Part shown: positions 30,146 to 39,751 of the stretch, piece after piece
Layout: each line of letters begins with the position of its first letter
How positions within the stretch are numbered: the first letter of the stretch is position 1
Source of the DNA: Dehalococcoidia bacterium
GTDB taxonomy: Bacteria > Chloroflexota > Dehalococcoidia > Lucifugimonadales > UBA3495
Direction of reading: 5' to 3'
NCBI GenBank assembly: GCA_045562555.1
Contig: JBJKVO010000001.1
Location: 328,148 to 392,147, forward strand
DNA: 64,000 bases
Notes under the pieces: model-generated
What the model was told of the DNA's origin: nothing
What the model saw: only the letters and a program-made list of their open reading frames with translations
Databases searched by the model: none
Position numbers and translations under genes: made by a program

Positions 30146-30179
30146 AAAAAGCTCCACCTTATTTCAGGTGGAGCTTTTT
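30146..30179. terminator. Bidirectional intrinsic terminator between greA and the peroxiredoxin gene
   Basis: AAAAAGCTCCACC-ttatttca-GGTGGAGCTTTTT: perfect 8-bp GC-rich core flanked by A and T runs. Confidence 0.75.
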
Positions 30180-30180
30180 A

Positions 30181-30639
30181 TTATCCTTCAATAGCAGCTA
30201 GCATATCATTCGGATCTGGAGCTTTACCGGGCCCATAAACTTGCCTGAATATGATAGTTCCACTTTTGTCTATCACGATTAGTGCGCGTAGGCCTGCGCC
30301 TCTTTCCTCATTCCAGATATCATATGCTTTGGTCACTTCTCCTTTAGGGTGCCAATCAGACAATATTGGGTGAGGTAATCCTCCTAACGATGTAGCATAG
30401 GCTCGATGAGCTGCCACTGAGTCACAACTTATGCTCAGAACTTGAGCATCTTTTTCTTCGAATCGGTCATTGAATTGCCGAAATGAAGTTACTTGATTTG
30501 TTCAACCGCCTGTAAAGTCGAAAATATGGAACGATAAGACTACGTATTTCTTGTCTTTGTAATCACTTAATGAAACGTCTCCATGATCGACTGAAGGTAG
30601 GGTGAAATTTGGTGCGGGTTCGCCAACATTTGCTGACAT
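30181..30639 (-). CDS. PrxQ/BCP-type peroxiredoxin with an in-frame TGA at the peroxidatic-Cys codon (candidate Sec; alternatively a nonsense pseudogene)
   Basis: ATG 30639, preceded by GGAGG (30647-30651), reads ...FHIFDFTGG-TGA(30502-30504)-TNQVTSF...SISCDSVAAHRAY..., continuing in frame into the track ORF 30181-30417. This matches the BCP motif D-x-T-P-G-C-T-x-Q. Confidence 0.6.
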
Positions 30640-30666
30640 ATGTTTACCTCCAGAAAAGATATTGAG

Positions 30667-30675
30667 ATTATATCA
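30667..30675 (-). promoter_or_regulatory. Extended -10 promoter (TGaTATAAT) for the peroxiredoxin gene
   Basis: Minus strand reads TGATATAAT about 28 nt upstream of the ATG. Confidence 0.45.
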
Positions 30676-30780
30676 CTACTATTGGGCAAGATATCAGTAA
30701 AACTGTACAATCTGGCCCTAAAAGTGTTGCCAGCCATTCTAGCGGATGTTAGCTTATAAAAATCTGAAAGGATCTGGTTT

Positions 30781-31734
30781 ATGGAAATTGTTTTTGATAA
30801 AGGAATATATGTTCCTTCCTTGAATTTATGGTTGGACTCGACCCGTAAAAAAGAATTTTGCGTGGTGAGTCATGCTCACTCGGACCATGTTGCTCGGCAT
30901 AACATACCTGTTATGACTAGCAGTACGTTGAAGTTATTAGGAGAATATTACAAGAAGAGTGATCCAATAATAATAGGTTATGATCAAGAAGTTGGTTACG
31001 ATAAGTTCTCGTTGACGTTTTATCCTGCAGGACATTGCTTAGGCTCTGCTCAAATCTTGATTATAGACAAAGAAACAGGGCTGAGGATAGTCTATACTGG
31101 GGATTACAAAATGAGTCCTAGTCCAGTAAACGAGGGAAGTAAAGTTATTCCATGCGACGTACTCATTATTGACGCTACCTACGGGAAAATTCAGTATATT
31201 TTCCCAGAAGAAAACAAAATTATCCAAGATGTTGTGCGAATATTAAACAGTTGGTTGGGTGATGGGTATAGACCGATTTTAGAAGGCTGGAAACTGGGCA
31301 AAGCACAAGAGATTTTATTTCATATGCTAGCCCAAGGATTTAAAGTCGTAGTTGAAGAGAGTATTTATAAAATTTGTCAGATATATGAAGAGGAAGGAGT
31401 GGTCTTTCCAGGCTCGTATAGATTATTTACAGGGTTATGGGAAACTGATGAAATACTTCTTTGCCCGCCAAATCGGGTTAAAAAACTTGACATTCAACAA
31501 GTTAATGGGAAGCGGATTATGAGGTTGACTGGCTGGGCTATGGACTATAAATCAGGCAGTCGTTATGGCAGGACTATGGTGCCTTACAGTGATCATGCTG
31601 ACTTTAAGCAATTGCTCAATTATGTTGGGCAATCTGGAGCTACGAAAATATATACAGTAAATGGTTTTCAAGACTTATCAAAATATTTGGTCAATTTAGG
31701 ATATGAATCCAGTCATTTGGGGCGGTCTATGTAG
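30781..31734 (+). CDS. MBL-fold / beta-CASP-like nuclease (ligase-associated-exonuclease-like)
   Basis: VVSHAHSDHVARH (HxHxDH), later YSDHADF. Length is 317 aa. Confidence 0.55.
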   Translation: MEIVFDKGIYVPSLNLWLDSTRKKEFCVVSHAHSDHVARHNIPVMTSSTLKLLGEYYKKSDPIIIGYDQEVGYDKFSLTFYPAGHCLGSAQILIIDKETGLRIVYTGDYKMSPSPVNEGSKVIPCDVLIIDATYGKIQYIFPEENKIIQDVVRILNSWLGDGYRPILEGWKLGKAQEILFHMLAQGFKVVVEESIYKICQIYEEEGVVFPGSYRLFTGLWETDEILLCPPNRVKKLDIQQVNGKRIMRLTGWAMDYKSGSRYGRTMVPYSDHADFKQLLNYVGQSGATKIYTVNGFQDLSKYLVNLGYESSHLGRSM

Positions 31735-31762
31735 GAGTAGTCTGTTGTACAACAGACTACTC
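31735..31762. terminator. Perfect 12-bp hairpin between convergent genes (no clear U tract)
   Basis: GAGTAGTCTGTT-gtac-AACAGACTACTC. Confidence 0.5.
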
Positions 31763-31775
31763 TCGCATTATTTAA

Positions 31776-33332
31776 TCAGGGAGTGGCGTCGAATGTGGGT
31801 ATTTTGTAATTGTCATCGTTTGCTATCATTCGATTGACGGCACTTAGGTAGGCCTCTGCACTGGCTACGATTATGTCCGTGTTTGCTCCTCTGCCCGAGA
31901 AAATTTGCTCTTGGTTCTCGATTCGTATGGTGACTGTCCCCTGTGAGTCAAGACCTTCAGTAACTGATTGGACGTTGAAATCTATTAATTTACACGTTGT
32001 GCCAATTACCCTATCAATTGCTTTGCAAACAGCATCAACTGGTCCGTTCCCGGTTGACGCATCTGTGAATTGAGTGTTGTCAGGTCCGGTTAATCGGACT
32101 GTAGCGGTAGGGATGTCATGGTCTCCACTTGAAAAATGAACCTGATCTAAAGAGTACGTGACAGGTTCATTGGACACACGTTTTTCTTCGTCCATTAGGA
32201 TTTCTAGGTCCCTGTCGTTTACCTCTCGTTTTTTGTCAGCTAGTACTTTGAATGATTCGAATACGTTATTTAGTTCTTCTCTTTCAAGAAAGTATCCCAA
32301 TGTTTCCAGTCTGGATTGAAGTCCCGCTCTGCCGCTAAGTTTACCTAGTACTAAGCTGTTGCCTGGAACCCCAACTCGTTCTGGCTGCATTACTTCATAG
32401 GTTGATCTGTCTTTGAGTACACCGTCTTGATGGATGCCTGAAGCGTGCCTGAAAGCGTTCTCGCCAACAATAGCTTTGTTCGCTTGCACGGCCATTCCTG
32501 TGATTCTACTGACTAACCTACTTGTTGGGTACAACTGAGTAGTGTCTATATTGCAGTCGATGTTGAATAAGTCTTTACGAGTGTCGAGTCCCATGATTAT
32601 TTCCTCTAACGAGGCGTTTCCGGCTCTCTCACCAAGTCCATTAATACATCCTTCCACTTGTCTAACTCCTGCTTGGATGGCGGCTAGTGTGTTTGAGACT
32701 GCTAAGCCTAGATCATTGTGACAATGTACACTTAAGGTGGTTTTCTCAATTCCTGGAATTGTATTGCGTATGTCTGTAATCAATTCTGCGAAATTGGATG
32801 GTATTGCATATCCCACAGTATCTGCAATGTTGATAGTGGTAGCGCCTGCCTTGATTACTGCTTCCAGCATTTTGTATAGATATTCTTTGTTAGTTCTTGT
32901 CGCATCCATAGGGGAGAATTCTACATCGTCGCAGTATTGTTTGGCACGAGTTACCATCGCTACAGCCATATCCATGACTTCTTCTCGGTTCTTCCTGAGT
33001 TGATGCATGACTTGAATTTCCGAGGATGATAAAAACACGTGTATCCTTGGTGATTCCGCGTGTTTTACGGCTCCCCATGCTTGGTCCACATCATTTGGAT
33101 GAGCCCTGGACAAGGAGCATATGACTGAATCTTTAATTTCTTTAGCTATGTTGGACACCGCTTGGAAGTCCCCTGGGGAGCTTGCAGCGAATCCTGCTTC
33201 GATTATGTCTACTTTTAGTTTTGACAGTTGTTTGGCAATTTCCATTTTCTCTTCCACTGTCATACCAATCCCTGCGGATTGTTCTCCGTCTCTTAGGGTG
33301 GTGTCTAATATTTTTACTCTATCGTTAGCCAT
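31776..33332 (-). CDS. leuA: 2-isopropylmalate synthase
   Basis: DTTLRDGEQS, HCHNDLGLAVSN, C-terminal LeuA dimerisation/regulatory domain. Confidence 0.9.
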   Translation of the reverse strand: MANDRVKILDTTLRDGEQSAGIGMTVEEKMEIAKQLSKLKVDIIEAGFAASSPGDFQAVSNIAKEIKDSVICSLSRAHPNDVDQAWGAVKHAESPRIHVFLSSSEIQVMHQLRKNREEVMDMAVAMVTRAKQYCDDVEFSPMDATRTNKEYLYKMLEAVIKAGATTINIADTVGYAIPSNFAELITDIRNTIPGIEKTTLSVHCHNDLGLAVSNTLAAIQAGVRQVEGCINGLGERAGNASLEEIIMGLDTRKDLFNIDCNIDTTQLYPTSRLVSRITGMAVQANKAIVGENAFRHASGIHQDGVLKDRSTYEVMQPERVGVPGNSLVLGKLSGRAGLQSRLETLGYFLEREELNNVFESFKVLADKKREVNDRDLEILMDEEKRVSNEPVTYSLDQVHFSSGDHDIPTATVRLTGPDNTQFTDASTGNGPVDAVCKAIDRVIGTTCKLIDFNVQSVTEGLDSQGTVTIRIENQEQIFSGRGANTDIIVASAEAYLSAVNRMIANDDNYKIPTFDATP

Positions 33333-33408
33333 TTTAATTTCTCCTGAATTTTATAATTTTGAACATCAATTGATTATTGTTGATTTATTGACGTCAGGAG
33401 GAAGCAGT

Positions 33409-33446
33409 CCACCAAATTCGATTTTGCCAAAATCAAATTATGGTGG
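33409..33446 (-). other. Long intercistronic RNA hairpin between ilvC and leuA
   Basis: mRNA CCACCA-U-AAUU-U-GAUUUU-ggc-AAAAUC-G-AAUU-UGGUGG, about 17 bp with one bulge and one G.U pair. No U tract follows. Confidence 0.5.
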
Positions 33447-33501
33447 TGAACTACTCTGAGCGACTCCTTATAGTTAGTTATGTTGTCGATATATTTCATG
33501 C

Positions 33502-34503
33502 TTAATCTTCGATCTCAACAGTGCGCCAAGGCATCATAGTACGTAATTCTTTACCTACTTGATGAATGGGACTAGTTCTGGCCGAATGTCTTAGTGGAGC
33601 GAACCTAGGGCGACCCTCAGCATTTTCTGCCATCCATTCTTTCGCAAAGGTGCCGTCTTGGATTTCTTTCAATACTGATCTCATGTTTTCTTTCACATGT
33701 TCATCGATGATTCTGTTTCCTCTAGTTAGATCCCCATATTCTGCGGTATCACTTACTGAATATCGCATGTAGTTGAATCCACCTTCGTAAATCAGGTCTA
33801 CGATTAATTTCAGTTCATGCAGGCATTCAAAGTATGCCATTTCTTCTGGGTATCCGGCTTCTACGAGTGTCTCGAATGCTGCATTGATCAGTGCTGTTAC
33901 GCCACCGCATAGTACACTTTGCTCTCCAAAGAGGTCTGTTTCAGTTTCATCTTTGAATGTAGTACCTATCACACCAGCCTTAGTACAGCCTATGCCTTTT
34001 GCGTATGCTAGACCGAGTGCTTGAGCTTCCCCTGTGGAGTCTTGGTGTACTGCGAGTAAACCTGGTACGCCAACCCCTTCAACATATAACTCTCTGACTC
34101 GGTGTCCGGGTGCTTTTGGTGCCACCATCATTACATTAATGTCTTTTGATGGTTCCACTTCTCCATAATGGATACTGAATCCGTGCGCGAACATTAGCGA
34201 AGATCCGGGTCTTAAGGAGGGAGCAATTTGTGTTTTGTAAATATCCCCTTGGATGTGGTCCGGTATTACTACCATTAAAACATCTGCTTCTTTTGCGACT
34301 TCTTGGACGTCACCTACTTTGAGTCCTGCCTCTTCAACTAGTTTGCGACTACTACTTTCTGGGTGTAGCCCAACCATTACATCTTGACCACTATCCTTGA
34401 GGTTTAAAGCGTGGGCATGTCCTTGGCTACCGTAACCCAGAATGCCAATAGTTTTACCTGATAGTAGATTTAAGTCCGCGTCTTTGTCGTAATATATATC
34501 CAT
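33502..34503 (-). CDS. ilvC: Ketol-acid reductoisomerase
   Basis: [20 protein letters not shown]; class I KARI length (333 aa). Confidence 0.92.
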   Translation of the reverse strand: MDIYYDKDADLNLLSGKTIGILGYGSQGHAHALNLKDSGQDVMVGLHPESSSRKLVEEAGLKVGDVQEVAKEADVLMVVIPDHIQGDIYKTQIAPSLRPGSSLMFAHGFSIHYGEVEPSKDINVMMVAPKAPGHRVRELYVEGVGVPGLLAVHQDSTGEAQALGLAYAKGIGCTKAGVIGTTFKDETETDLFGEQSVLCGGVTALINAAFETLVEAGYPEEMAYFECLHELKLIVDLIYEGGFNYMRYSVSDTAEYGDLTRGNRIIDEHVKENMRSVLKEIQDGTFAKEWMAENAEGRPRFAPLRHSARTSPIHQVGKELRTMMPWRTVEIED

Positions 34504-34517
34504 GTATCCTCCAATTT

Positions 34518-35024
34518 TTATACTTCTTTGTTATTTCCTCGAGTCATTGCTACCCTTCCTGTACGCATCATCTGGATAACCGTGTAAGGGTTTAGTAGGT
34601 CTTGGAGAGCAGCTATTTTGTCTTCACTTCCTGTAACTTCTACCACAATAGAATCAGTTCCAACATCCACTATGTTTGCTCTGAACATTTGAGCTATTTG
34701 GATGATGTCAGATCGAGTCTCTGGAGAAGATTGAACTTTAATTAACGCTAGCTCTCTTGCGATGATTTTTTCTTCGGTGATATCACAAACCCCTCTAACA
34801 TCTATCAGTTTGTCTAATTGGCGGGTAGCTTGGATCACTATGTCTGGGCTACCATCTACAACACATGTCATCCTGGATAAACCAACTTCTTCACTTTTGC
34901 CCACTGTCAAGCTAGCAATGTTAAATCCTCTTCTTCTAAATAAACCAGCTATCCTGGTCAATACGCCGGGTTTGTCTTCTACAAGAGCCACGATTGTATG
35001 TAGTCTTTCATTTGCCATGGCCAC
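34518..35024 (-). CDS. ilvN: Acetolactate synthase small (regulatory) subunit
   Basis: ACT domain [28 protein letters not shown]. Abuts ilvB. Confidence 0.85.
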   Translation of the reverse strand: MAMANERLHTIVALVEDKPGVLTRIAGLFRRRGFNIASLTVGKSEEVGLSRMTCVVDGSPDIVIQATRQLDKLIDVRGVCDITEEKIIARELALIKVQSSPETRSDIIQIAQMFRANIVDVGTDSIVVEVTGSEDKIAALQDLLNPYTVIQMMRTGRVAMTRGNNKEV

Positions 35025-36715
35025 TACACTTTTATCTCCGGCTGAGGTTCTTCGATCATGTCGCTGACGGTTTGTCCTGAAGGGATAAATGGATAGACAT
35101 TTTCTTCTTGCCTAACTATAAACTCCACAATTACTGGTCCAGGGGTATTAATTGCTGTTTGGATAGCTGATGACACTTCTGCTTTATCGGTTACCCGGAT
35201 ACCAGTTATTCCGTAAGCTTCTGCGATTTTCACAAAGTCTGGATTTCCTGCGTATTGGGTAGCAGTATATTCACTATCATATGACAGATCTTGTAATTGT
35301 TTCACCATTCCCAAATTGTTATTGTTCAAGATGGCGAATTTGACGTCAATATTATTTTCTACCGCTGTAGCTAATTCAGGGAAGGTCATTTGAAAGCCAC
35401 CATCTCCTGCAATTGACCATACTGCTTTGTCGGGTTGTCCAACCTTTGCTCCTAGGGCAGCCGGAACTTCAAAGCCCATCGTTCCTAGACCACCAGACGT
35501 AACCCAACTATTTGGATAACTGAATTCACAGAATTGGGCTGCCCACATTTGGTGCTGCCCAACACCGGTAACGATTATAGCTTCTTGATTGGTTTCTTTT
35601 GCTAGTTCCTTCAATACGTATTGAGGAAGCAATTCGGATGTTTCTCGAATGTTTAAAGACGGATGCTCAGATCGCAATTGTTCAATTCGATTCATCCAAT
35701 CCACGTTTATATTATTGTCGACCGCTGGAATCAGTTGGTTCAATACAGTTTTAAGATCTCCTTGGATTCCTACATGCGGTTTTATGTTTTTACCTAGTTC
35801 AGAAGGATCAATATCTACATGTAAAACTCGGGCGTTTGGCGCGAATGCGTCAAGCTTGCCCGTGACTCGGTCATCAAACCTCATACCCAAAGCTATCAAT
35901 GTATCAGATTCTTCTATAGCTATACTTGCGTAAGCCATTCCATGCATTCCAGGCATGCCTAAGTTTAGGAAATGGTCAGTGGGTAATGTACTTATACCAA
36001 GAAGTGTTGTTATAACGGGAATTTGGCATTTTTCAGCTAATTCAATAACTTCATTATGAGCATGTGAGATTAATGCGCCATGTCCTGCTATGATAACTGG
36101 TTTTTTAGCATTATTAATTAGCTGTACTGCTTCGTCTATTTCTTTTTGCGAAGCTTCCATTTTGGGCTTGTATCCAGGCAAGTCGATGTTTACTGGGTAC
36201 ACGTACTCACATGTTTCTGTTAGTACATCCCTAGGTATGTCTACTAATACGGGCCCTGGCCTGCCTGTTCGAGCGATATGGAATGCTTCTTTGATGGCCG
36301 TTGCTATTTCGTCTGTATTCATGACTAGGTAATTATGTTTGGTTACAGGCAGAGTTATACCAGTTACATCCGTTTCTTGGAAGGCGTCTTTTCCTATAGC
36401 TGGTCTGCTAACTTGACCTGTAATGGCGACTATAGGCACAGAATCCATTTGAGCTGCTGTTATTCCTGTGACAAGGTTTGTGGCTCCTGGTCCAGAAGTT
36501 GCTGTGCATACTCCGACTTTGCCTGTGGAGCGAGCATAACCGTCTGCGGCCATAGCTGCAGCTTGCTCATGTCTTACTAAAATATGTTTTAGCTCACTAT
36601 ATTTAGGCAATGCTCCATAAAAAGGAAGGATTGCTCCACCAGGTAACCCGAATAGAACGTCTACCCCTTCTTCTATTAAGCTTTCACAGACAATTTCTGC
36701 GCCAGTTAATTTCAT
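35024..36715 (-). CDS. ilvB: Acetolactate synthase large subunit
   Basis: MKLTGAEIV..., GVGQHQMWAAQF, IAGDGGFQMT (ThDP motif). Heads the ilvBNC-leuA operon. Confidence 0.9.
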   Translation of the reverse strand: MKLTGAEIVCESLIEEGVDVLFGLPGGAILPFYGALPKYSELKHILVRHEQAAAMAADGYARSTGKVGVCTATSGPGATNLVTGITAAQMDSVPIVAITGQVSRPAIGKDAFQETDVTGITLPVTKHNYLVMNTDEIATAIKEAFHIARTGRPGPVLVDIPRDVLTETCEYVYPVNIDLPGYKPKMEASQKEIDEAVQLINNAKKPVIIAGHGALISHAHNEVIELAEKCQIPVITTLLGISTLPTDHFLNLGMPGMHGMAYASIAIEESDTLIALGMRFDDRVTGKLDAFAPNARVLHVDIDPSELGKNIKPHVGIQGDLKTVLNQLIPAVDNNINVDWMNRIEQLRSEHPSLNIRETSELLPQYVLKELAKETNQEAIIVTGVGQHQMWAAQFCEFSYPNSWVTSGGLGTMGFEVPAALGAKVGQPDKAVWSIAGDGGFQMTFPELATAVENNIDVKFAILNNNNLGMVKQLQDLSYDSEYTATQYAGNPDFVKIAEAYGITGIRVTDKAEVSSAIQTAINTPGPVIVEFIVRQEENVYPFIPSGQTVSDMIEEPQPEIKV

Positions 36716-36730
36716 TTTATTTTCTCCAAT

Positions 36731-36970
36731 AAAAAAACCCGTCCCTGAAGGGACGGGTTTGATTCTTATACCCGCGGTACCACCCTTCTTCTTGGAGTAG
36801 GTGCTCCAAGCAGCTTTGGATGTCGATTTCGAGACAAGCCGTTTCCCCTACTACTATTTCAGAGAAATCGCTCCTGGGCGAGTTCGCAATTCGTTAGCCG
36901 CTTGCTCCCACCATGTACAAGCTCTCTCTAAGGCGCGCAATTGCTACTACTCCCATTCGTAGCGTGAACC
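36731..36970 (-). promoter_or_regulatory. T-box riboswitch leader, leucine specifier CUC, with intrinsic terminator
   Basis: Minus strand: GGGUGGUACCGCG (36773-36785). Terminator AAACCCGUCCC-uuca-GGGACGGGUUU plus U7 (36731-36760). Specifier loop is 5' AGUAGUA / 3' GAA-CUC-G, with CUC at 36880-36882. AGAGAGA bulge and GGUGGGA distal loop are present. Confidence 0.85.
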
Positions 36971-36976
36971 TTTGAA

Positions 36977-37005
36977 ATATTATCAATTGAGGTGTTAGAT
37001 GTCAA
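36977..37005 (-). promoter_or_regulatory. Sigma-70-type promoter for the T-box/ilvB operon
   Basis: TTGACA (37000-37005), a 17-nt spacer, then TAATAT (36977-36982) on the minus strand. Confidence 0.55.
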
Positions 37006-37106
37006 TACAATTCGTAGTAGAGGAGACAGTTTGTTTATTTATGAATCGATATAAGCTAATATAATATGGTAAAGATTTCATAAAAACGATACAAATCGAG
37101 GATTAT

Positions 37107-38750
37107 TTGCCAGAAAATATTTTCATCGGAGTTGCTTGGCCTTATGCCAATGGACCGTTGCATATGGGACATGTGGCGGGATGCTATTTGGCTTCAGACA
37201 TTTTTGCTCGATATCACCGATCTAAAGGCAACAATGTTCTTATGGTTTCAGGTAGTGATAGCCATGGGACCCCGATCACGATTAAGGCAGAGGCCCAAGG
37301 AGTATCTCCCGAAGACATTTTCAGAGAATTTCATTCCTTATTTTTGGAATGCTGGGACCAACTTGGTATTTCTTTTGATTTGTTTACTGACACTCATACC
37401 CAGAACCATGCGGAAGTTGTACATAGAATTTTTAATAAGCTGTATGACGATGGGCATATTTATAAAGATAATATGCTGCTAGCTTATTGCGATGAGTGTA
37501 AAAGATTTCTGCCAGATCGGTACGTAGAAGGGGAATGTCCTAATTGTCATGACCCTAAAGCACGTGGTGATCAGTGCGATAACTGCGGTAGAACTCTTGA
37601 CCCCCAAGATTTGATTAAACCAACATGTGCGATAAGTGGAGCGACTCCTGAATTCCGAGAATCTGAACACTTTTTTCTTAAATTGTCAGCTTTTGAAGAC
37701 CAGCTGCTTGCTTGGGTCGAAGATAAAAACCACTGGAGACCTAACGTTAAAAATTTCACCACTCGATTTTTACAAGATGGATTGAAAGATAGGGCAATAA
37801 GTAGAGACCTGGACTGGGGAATCAGTGTGCCAGTTGAGGGATATACGGAAAAGAAAATATATGTGTGGTTTGAAGCTGTAATTGGGTATTATTCAGCTGC
37901 TATTGAATGGGCTAAAAATACGGGGTCTGACTATACTCAGTTTTGGGAAGATGAGGCCACTAAAGCCTATTATTTCATAGGGAAAGATAATATACCTTTC
38001 CACACCATAATTTGGCCCGCGATCATTATGGCACATGGAGGATTGAACTTGCCCTTTGATGTTCCGGCCAACGAATTTCTGAGTTTGGAGAATAGGAAAA
38101 TTTCAACCTCCCAAAACTGGGCTGTTTGGTTGCCTGATTATCTGGAAAAATTTGATCCCGATCCATTGAGATATGCCCTGTCTATTAATATGCCTGAAAC
38201 TGGAGATACCGATTTCAGTTGGTCTGAATTTATTCGCCGAAACAATGATGAGTTGGTTGCAACTTATGGGAATTTAGTTAATAGAGTACTTTCATTCACA
38301 TACAGAAATTTCGATCATAAAATTCCAGAAAAACTTGAGCTTCATCCGGAAGACCTGGAATTATTAAATAAAGCGAAGAACGTTATGTCAGACGTGGATA
38401 ATGACTTGTATCATTGTAAGTTTAAATCAGCAATCAGCCGGATATTTGGCATGGCGCAAGAATGTAATCGTTACTTGGATTATGCCGCTCCTTGGAAAGT
38501 TATCAAAGAAGATAAGGCAAGAGCTGGGACTATCTTGTGGACTTGTATAGCGACAATAAATTGTTTAAAAACTATGGTGGCTCCGTTTCTTCCTTTTAGT
38601 TCGGCCGAGATTGATTTCATGCTGAATTTGGGTGTGACTACTACTTCGTGGAATGCCGAAGAGGTGATCGATCAAATTAAATCGGGCTATACGTTAAATG
38701 AGCCTACTCCTTTGTTTAAGAAACTAGAATTAGAAGATGTGAATGTCTAG
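37107..38750 (+). CDS. metG: Methionyl-tRNA synthetase (short form, no C-terminal tRNA-binding domain)
   Basis: PYANGPLHMGHVAG (HIGH), CPNCHD...CDNCG zinc knuckles, KISTS (KMSKS). TTG start preceded by GAGGA. Confidence 0.9.
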   Translation: MPENIFIGVAWPYANGPLHMGHVAGCYLASDIFARYHRSKGNNVLMVSGSDSHGTPITIKAEAQGVSPEDIFREFHSLFLECWDQLGISFDLFTDTHTQNHAEVVHRIFNKLYDDGHIYKDNMLLAYCDECKRFLPDRYVEGECPNCHDPKARGDQCDNCGRTLDPQDLIKPTCAISGATPEFRESEHFFLKLSAFEDQLLAWVEDKNHWRPNVKNFTTRFLQDGLKDRAISRDLDWGISVPVEGYTEKKIYVWFEAVIGYYSAAIEWAKNTGSDYTQFWEDEATKAYYFIGKDNIPFHTIIWPAIIMAHGGLNLPFDVPANEFLSLENRKISTSQNWAVWLPDYLEKFDPDPLRYALSINMPETGDTDFSWSEFIRRNNDELVATYGNLVNRVLSFTYRNFDHKIPEKLELHPEDLELLNKAKNVMSDVDNDLYHCKFKSAISRIFGMAQECNRYLDYAAPWKVIKEDKARAGTILWTCIATINCLKTMVAPFLPFSSAEIDFMLNLGVTTTSWNAEEVIDQIKSGYTLNEPTPLFKKLELEDVNV

Positions 38751-38773
38751 GAGCACTACTTCAAGAAAGATTA

Positions 38774-39751
38774 ATGAATCTAAAAAATAAGATAACAAAA
38801 ATATATTCCCCAGTATCTTCAGAATTGAAACTTGTTGACGAACGGTTGATGGATTTTGCTTATACTGCTCCTTCGTATGCAAAGCCTGTTTTGGAATATG
38901 CAGTAGGAAGATCGGGTAAGCGAGTCAGACCAGTAATGACACTTCTTTCTGCGTCTGTGTTTGGGGAGATTTCTGAGCACCCCATTAAGATGGCTGCCGC
39001 AACAGAGTTATTGCATCTGGCTACGTTGATTCATGACGACACCATAGATAATGCGGATCTACGAAGAGGTGCAGATACAATTAGTAAGAAATGGGGTAAT
39101 CATGTGGCAGTTTTGATTGGTGATTACATCTTTGCGAAATCTGCAGTGATGGTTTGCGAAACTGGCAATACCGCGGTTGTCAAAAGGTTTGCTGAAACCA
39201 TAATGGAGCTTTCCTCAGGAGAACTCAAAGAATACTTTGATATCGGTGACGTAAGCTGTGATATCAACGGGTACTGGGAAAGGATTTACAATAAGACAGC
39301 ATCATTGTTTGCTACTGCAACAGAATCGGGCGCAGTCCTCGCAGGGGCAAGCAGGGAAGATGCAGAAAAATTAAAAATTTATGGAAACAAAATAGGGATG
39401 GCCTTTCAAGTGATGGATGATGTGTTAGATATCACAGGTACCTCATCTGAATTAGGTAAGCCATCAGGTAATGATTTGATACAAGGGGTAATGACCTTAC
39501 CTAGTATTTTGTTTTGCTCAAAATATTCCGGAGATGACTCCGTTAAAGCTTTTATACAAAATCCCAAAGACACCAAGAACATATTAAAACTGTCAGACAA
39601 CGTTAGAAATTCTGATGTAATTTCCGAATGTGAATCAATAATAGGCAAATACTGTGAAGAAGCTATAAAGCAATGCCAATCATTACCTAAAAATAAAGCT
39701 TCTGATGCACTTATGACTCTGGTAGAGTACCTAATGGAGCGTCAAAGTTAA
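38774..39751 (+). CDS. Polyprenyl diphosphate synthase (trans-IPPS, medium/long chain)
   Basis: LIHDDTIDNADLRRG (first DDxxD) and FQVMDDVLD (second). Confidence 0.8.
   Translation: MNLKNKITKIYSPVSSELKLVDERLMDFAYTAPSYAKPVLEYAVGRSGKRVRPVMTLLSASVFGEISEHPIKMAAATELLHLATLIHDDTIDNADLRRGADTISKKWGNHVAVLIGDYIFAKSAVMVCETGNTAVVKRFAETIMELSSGELKEYFDIGDVSCDINGYWERIYNKTASLFATATESGAVLAGASREDAEKLKIYGNKIGMAFQVMDDVLDITGTSSELGKPSGNDLIQGVMTLPSILFCSKYSGDDSVKAFIQNPKDTKNILKLSDNVRNSDVISECESIIGKYCEEAIKQCQSLPKNKASDALMTLVEYLMERQS

Noticed and set aside
30418-30504. Peroxiredoxin split interpreted as a frameshift or a global TGA reassignment
   Set aside because: The upstream and downstream parts are in the same frame, 29 codons apart, so no frameshift is needed. 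TGA terminates other genes in the window, so genome-wide recoding is unlikely. The Sec-versus-nonsense question remains open and is reported as a finding.
33333-33501. Possible third T-box upstream of leuA (GAAUUUGGUGGACUGC)
   Set aside because: Only a UGGUGG fragment resembles the T-box core. There is no ACCGCG, no Stem I elements and no terminator with a U tract.
37132-37482. 116-aa ORF in an alternative frame within metG
   Set aside because: It lies on the same strand in an overlapping frame inside a well-supported MetRS N-terminus, with no independent signals.
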